DNA of 64,000 nt from a virus, in IMG/VR virus record IMGVR_UViG_3300025012_000047, positions 1 to 64,000 of that record. The stretch is one strand, 5' to 3'. A model generated the notes under the pieces. That model was not told where the DNA came from, ran no database searches, and worked only from the letters and a program-made list of their open reading frames with translations. Position numbers and translations under genes: made by a program. Shown here piece by piece: positions 62,611 to 64,000 of the stretch. Each line of letters starts with the position of its first letter. The stretch's first letter is position 1.

Positions 62611-63516
62611 ATGATGGAAAATAATAATGAATTAACTGTAAGTGGAGTTACTATAGTTAATGGTGCGGAAATACATAATATATTTGGTGAATTTGGAGAA
62701 AATCAAAAAAGCGTATTAGCAAAGGAAATAGCCAATGTTCATGGTATTGACGTAGGAAGATTGAATGAGAAAATAAATAGAAATATTAAAAGATTTAGGC
62801 CAGAAATTGATATAATTGATATAAAGACTAATGAAAATTCCGTTAACGCACTTTGCGAAAGCGGAATATATACTAGAAATGCGTTAAATGCTAGTAAAAA
62901 CATATTTATTTTTAGTAGAAAAGGATATCTAAAATTAGTTGGAATTATGGAAGATGATTTAGCTTATGATATTCAAGATCAAATGATTGATGAATATTTT
63001 GAATTAAAAGAGTTGGAAATTACCAAAGAAGATAAATTATGTTTAAGTATTATTAAAGCCAATTCTCAAGAAGGTAGAATGGTAGCAGTAGGAGAATTAG
63101 TTGAATATAAAAATCAACAAATTGCAGAGAAAGATGAATTGCTACAAATCCAAGCACCAAAAGTAGCAATGGCAGATAGATTTGCTGTTACAGATTCATT
63201 AATGGGAATTAGGAAAGTTGCAAAGATATTTAATGAGAGAATTAAAAATAACAAAACAATTGGTGAAAAGAAGCTATTTGAGATTTTAAGAAATGAGAGC
63301 ATATTACAAGATAGTGATGGAGAATGGAATATTCCTTATCAAAGATATATTGATGCAGGGTATTTTGAACTTAAACCAAGTACTCATAGTAATGGATTTG
63401 GAAGTATTATTACAGATTTTACAACAAAGGTTACAGGTAAGGGATTAGAGTGGTTGTGGAAACAATTACTTAAAAAGGGTTATGTGATGAGTGATGATGT
63501 AAAGTTGTTGAGTTAG
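62611..63516 (+). CDS. Phage antirepressor (ORF6N N-terminus plus ANT/KilAC C-terminus)
   Basis: VLAKEIANVHG...INRNIKRF; APKV...IGEKKLFEILR...NIPYQRYI..GYF...TKVTGKG. Confidence 0.85.
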   Translation: MMENNNELTVSGVTIVNGAEIHNIFGEFGENQKSVLAKEIANVHGIDVGRLNEKINRNIKRFRPEIDIIDIKTNENSVNALCESGIYTRNALNASKNIFIFSRKGYLKLVGIMEDDLAYDIQDQMIDEYFELKELEITKEDKLCLSIIKANSQEGRMVAVGELVEYKNQQIAEKDELLQIQAPKVAMADRFAVTDSLMGIRKVAKIFNERIKNNKTIGEKKLFEILRNESILQDSDGEWNIPYQRYIDAGYFELKPSTHSNGFGSIITDFTTKVTGKGLEWLWKQLLKKGYVMSDDVKLLS

Positions 63517-63571
63517 TTGTTTGGTGATTGGATAAGTAGTTTTAAAATAAACAAATAAAATATAATTAATT

Positions 63572-63608
63572 AACAAAGGTATGTGCTCATTGTGCATACC
63601 TTTGTTTT
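63572..63608 (+). terminator. Intrinsic terminator
   Basis: AACAAAGGTATGTGC-TCATT-GTGCATACCTTTGTTTT. Confidence 0.7.
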
Positions 63609-63630
63609 GATATGGAGTGAAATGTGAAAA

Positions 63631-64000
63631 ATGGCAAGATCAAAATTCAATGTAAATACTAGTAAAAAAGCGAAAGAAAAACGTACATTAAACGGATATA
63701 CATTTGATTCAGATATCGAATACAAGTTTTACGTCTATATCTTATCTCAACAAGAAGAAGGATTAATTAAAGAAATTCTCATTCAACCAAAATTTGAATT
63801 ACAACAAAAGTATGAGAAATTAGGCAAGAAGATTCGTCCTATCCAATACATAGCCGATTTTCAAGTCGAATACACAAATGGTGAAATTGTAGTTTTTGAT
63901 GTCAAGGGAATGGTTACACCAGAATTTAAATTGAAGAGAAAGATATTTGATTTTGTGTTTCCTGATAAAGTATTGAGGTGCGTTAATTATAGCAGGTTGG
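63631..64000 (+). CDS. DUF1064 family endonuclease-like protein (3' end runs off the window)
   Basis: Not in track; FDSDIE...QPKFEL...YIADF...DVKGM.T.EFKLKRK. Confidence 0.8.
   Translation, partial: MARSKFNVNTSKKAKEKRTLNGYTFDSDIEYKFYVYILSQQEEGLIKEILIQPKFELQQKYEKLGKKIRPIQYIADFQVEYTNGEIVVFDVKGMVTPEFKLKRKIFDFVFPDKVLRCVNYSRL

Overview
Low-GC Bacillota (Firmicutes) phage or prophage DNA of the SPbeta-like type; no host chromosomal genes are visible. (1) 1-12.2 kb: about 25 short minus-strand genes. Most are self-contained cassettes with a sigma-A promoter, RBS and intrinsic terminator, and they share intergenic repeats; this looks like an early or host-takeover region. (2) 12.2-14.4 kb: non-coding divergence point where strand composition flips sharply from GT-rich to CA-rich. 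(3) 14.7-28.6 kb, plus strand accessory genes: a MazG-like/radical SAM/seryl-tRNA-synthetase-like trio, an iteron-Rep module, a stop-interrupted helicase, two DNA methyltransferases with simple-sequence repeats, and many free-standing endonucleases. (4) 28.7-64 kb: SPbeta-syntenic late block with YonO-type RNA polymerase, PhoH, HU, YonK, a cluster of structured RNAs, a decayed YonJ, terminase, portal, protease/scaffold, decoration protein, major capsid, connectors, tail tube, tail collar, antirepressor and DUF1064. Strongest candidates for undescribed systems: (a) a Dam-family methylase in which an (AC)16 tract selects between two alternative N-termini in different frames; (b) a 227-aa helical protein followed by a ~425-nt closed-stem RNA with a ~7-nt periodic loop; (c) the MazG/radical SAM/SerRS-core operon; (d) a domain-permuted, apparently catalytically dead terminase paralogue. 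Family assignments come from motif recognition by eye; no searches were run. Several starts were moved from the ORF track to RBS-supported codons.
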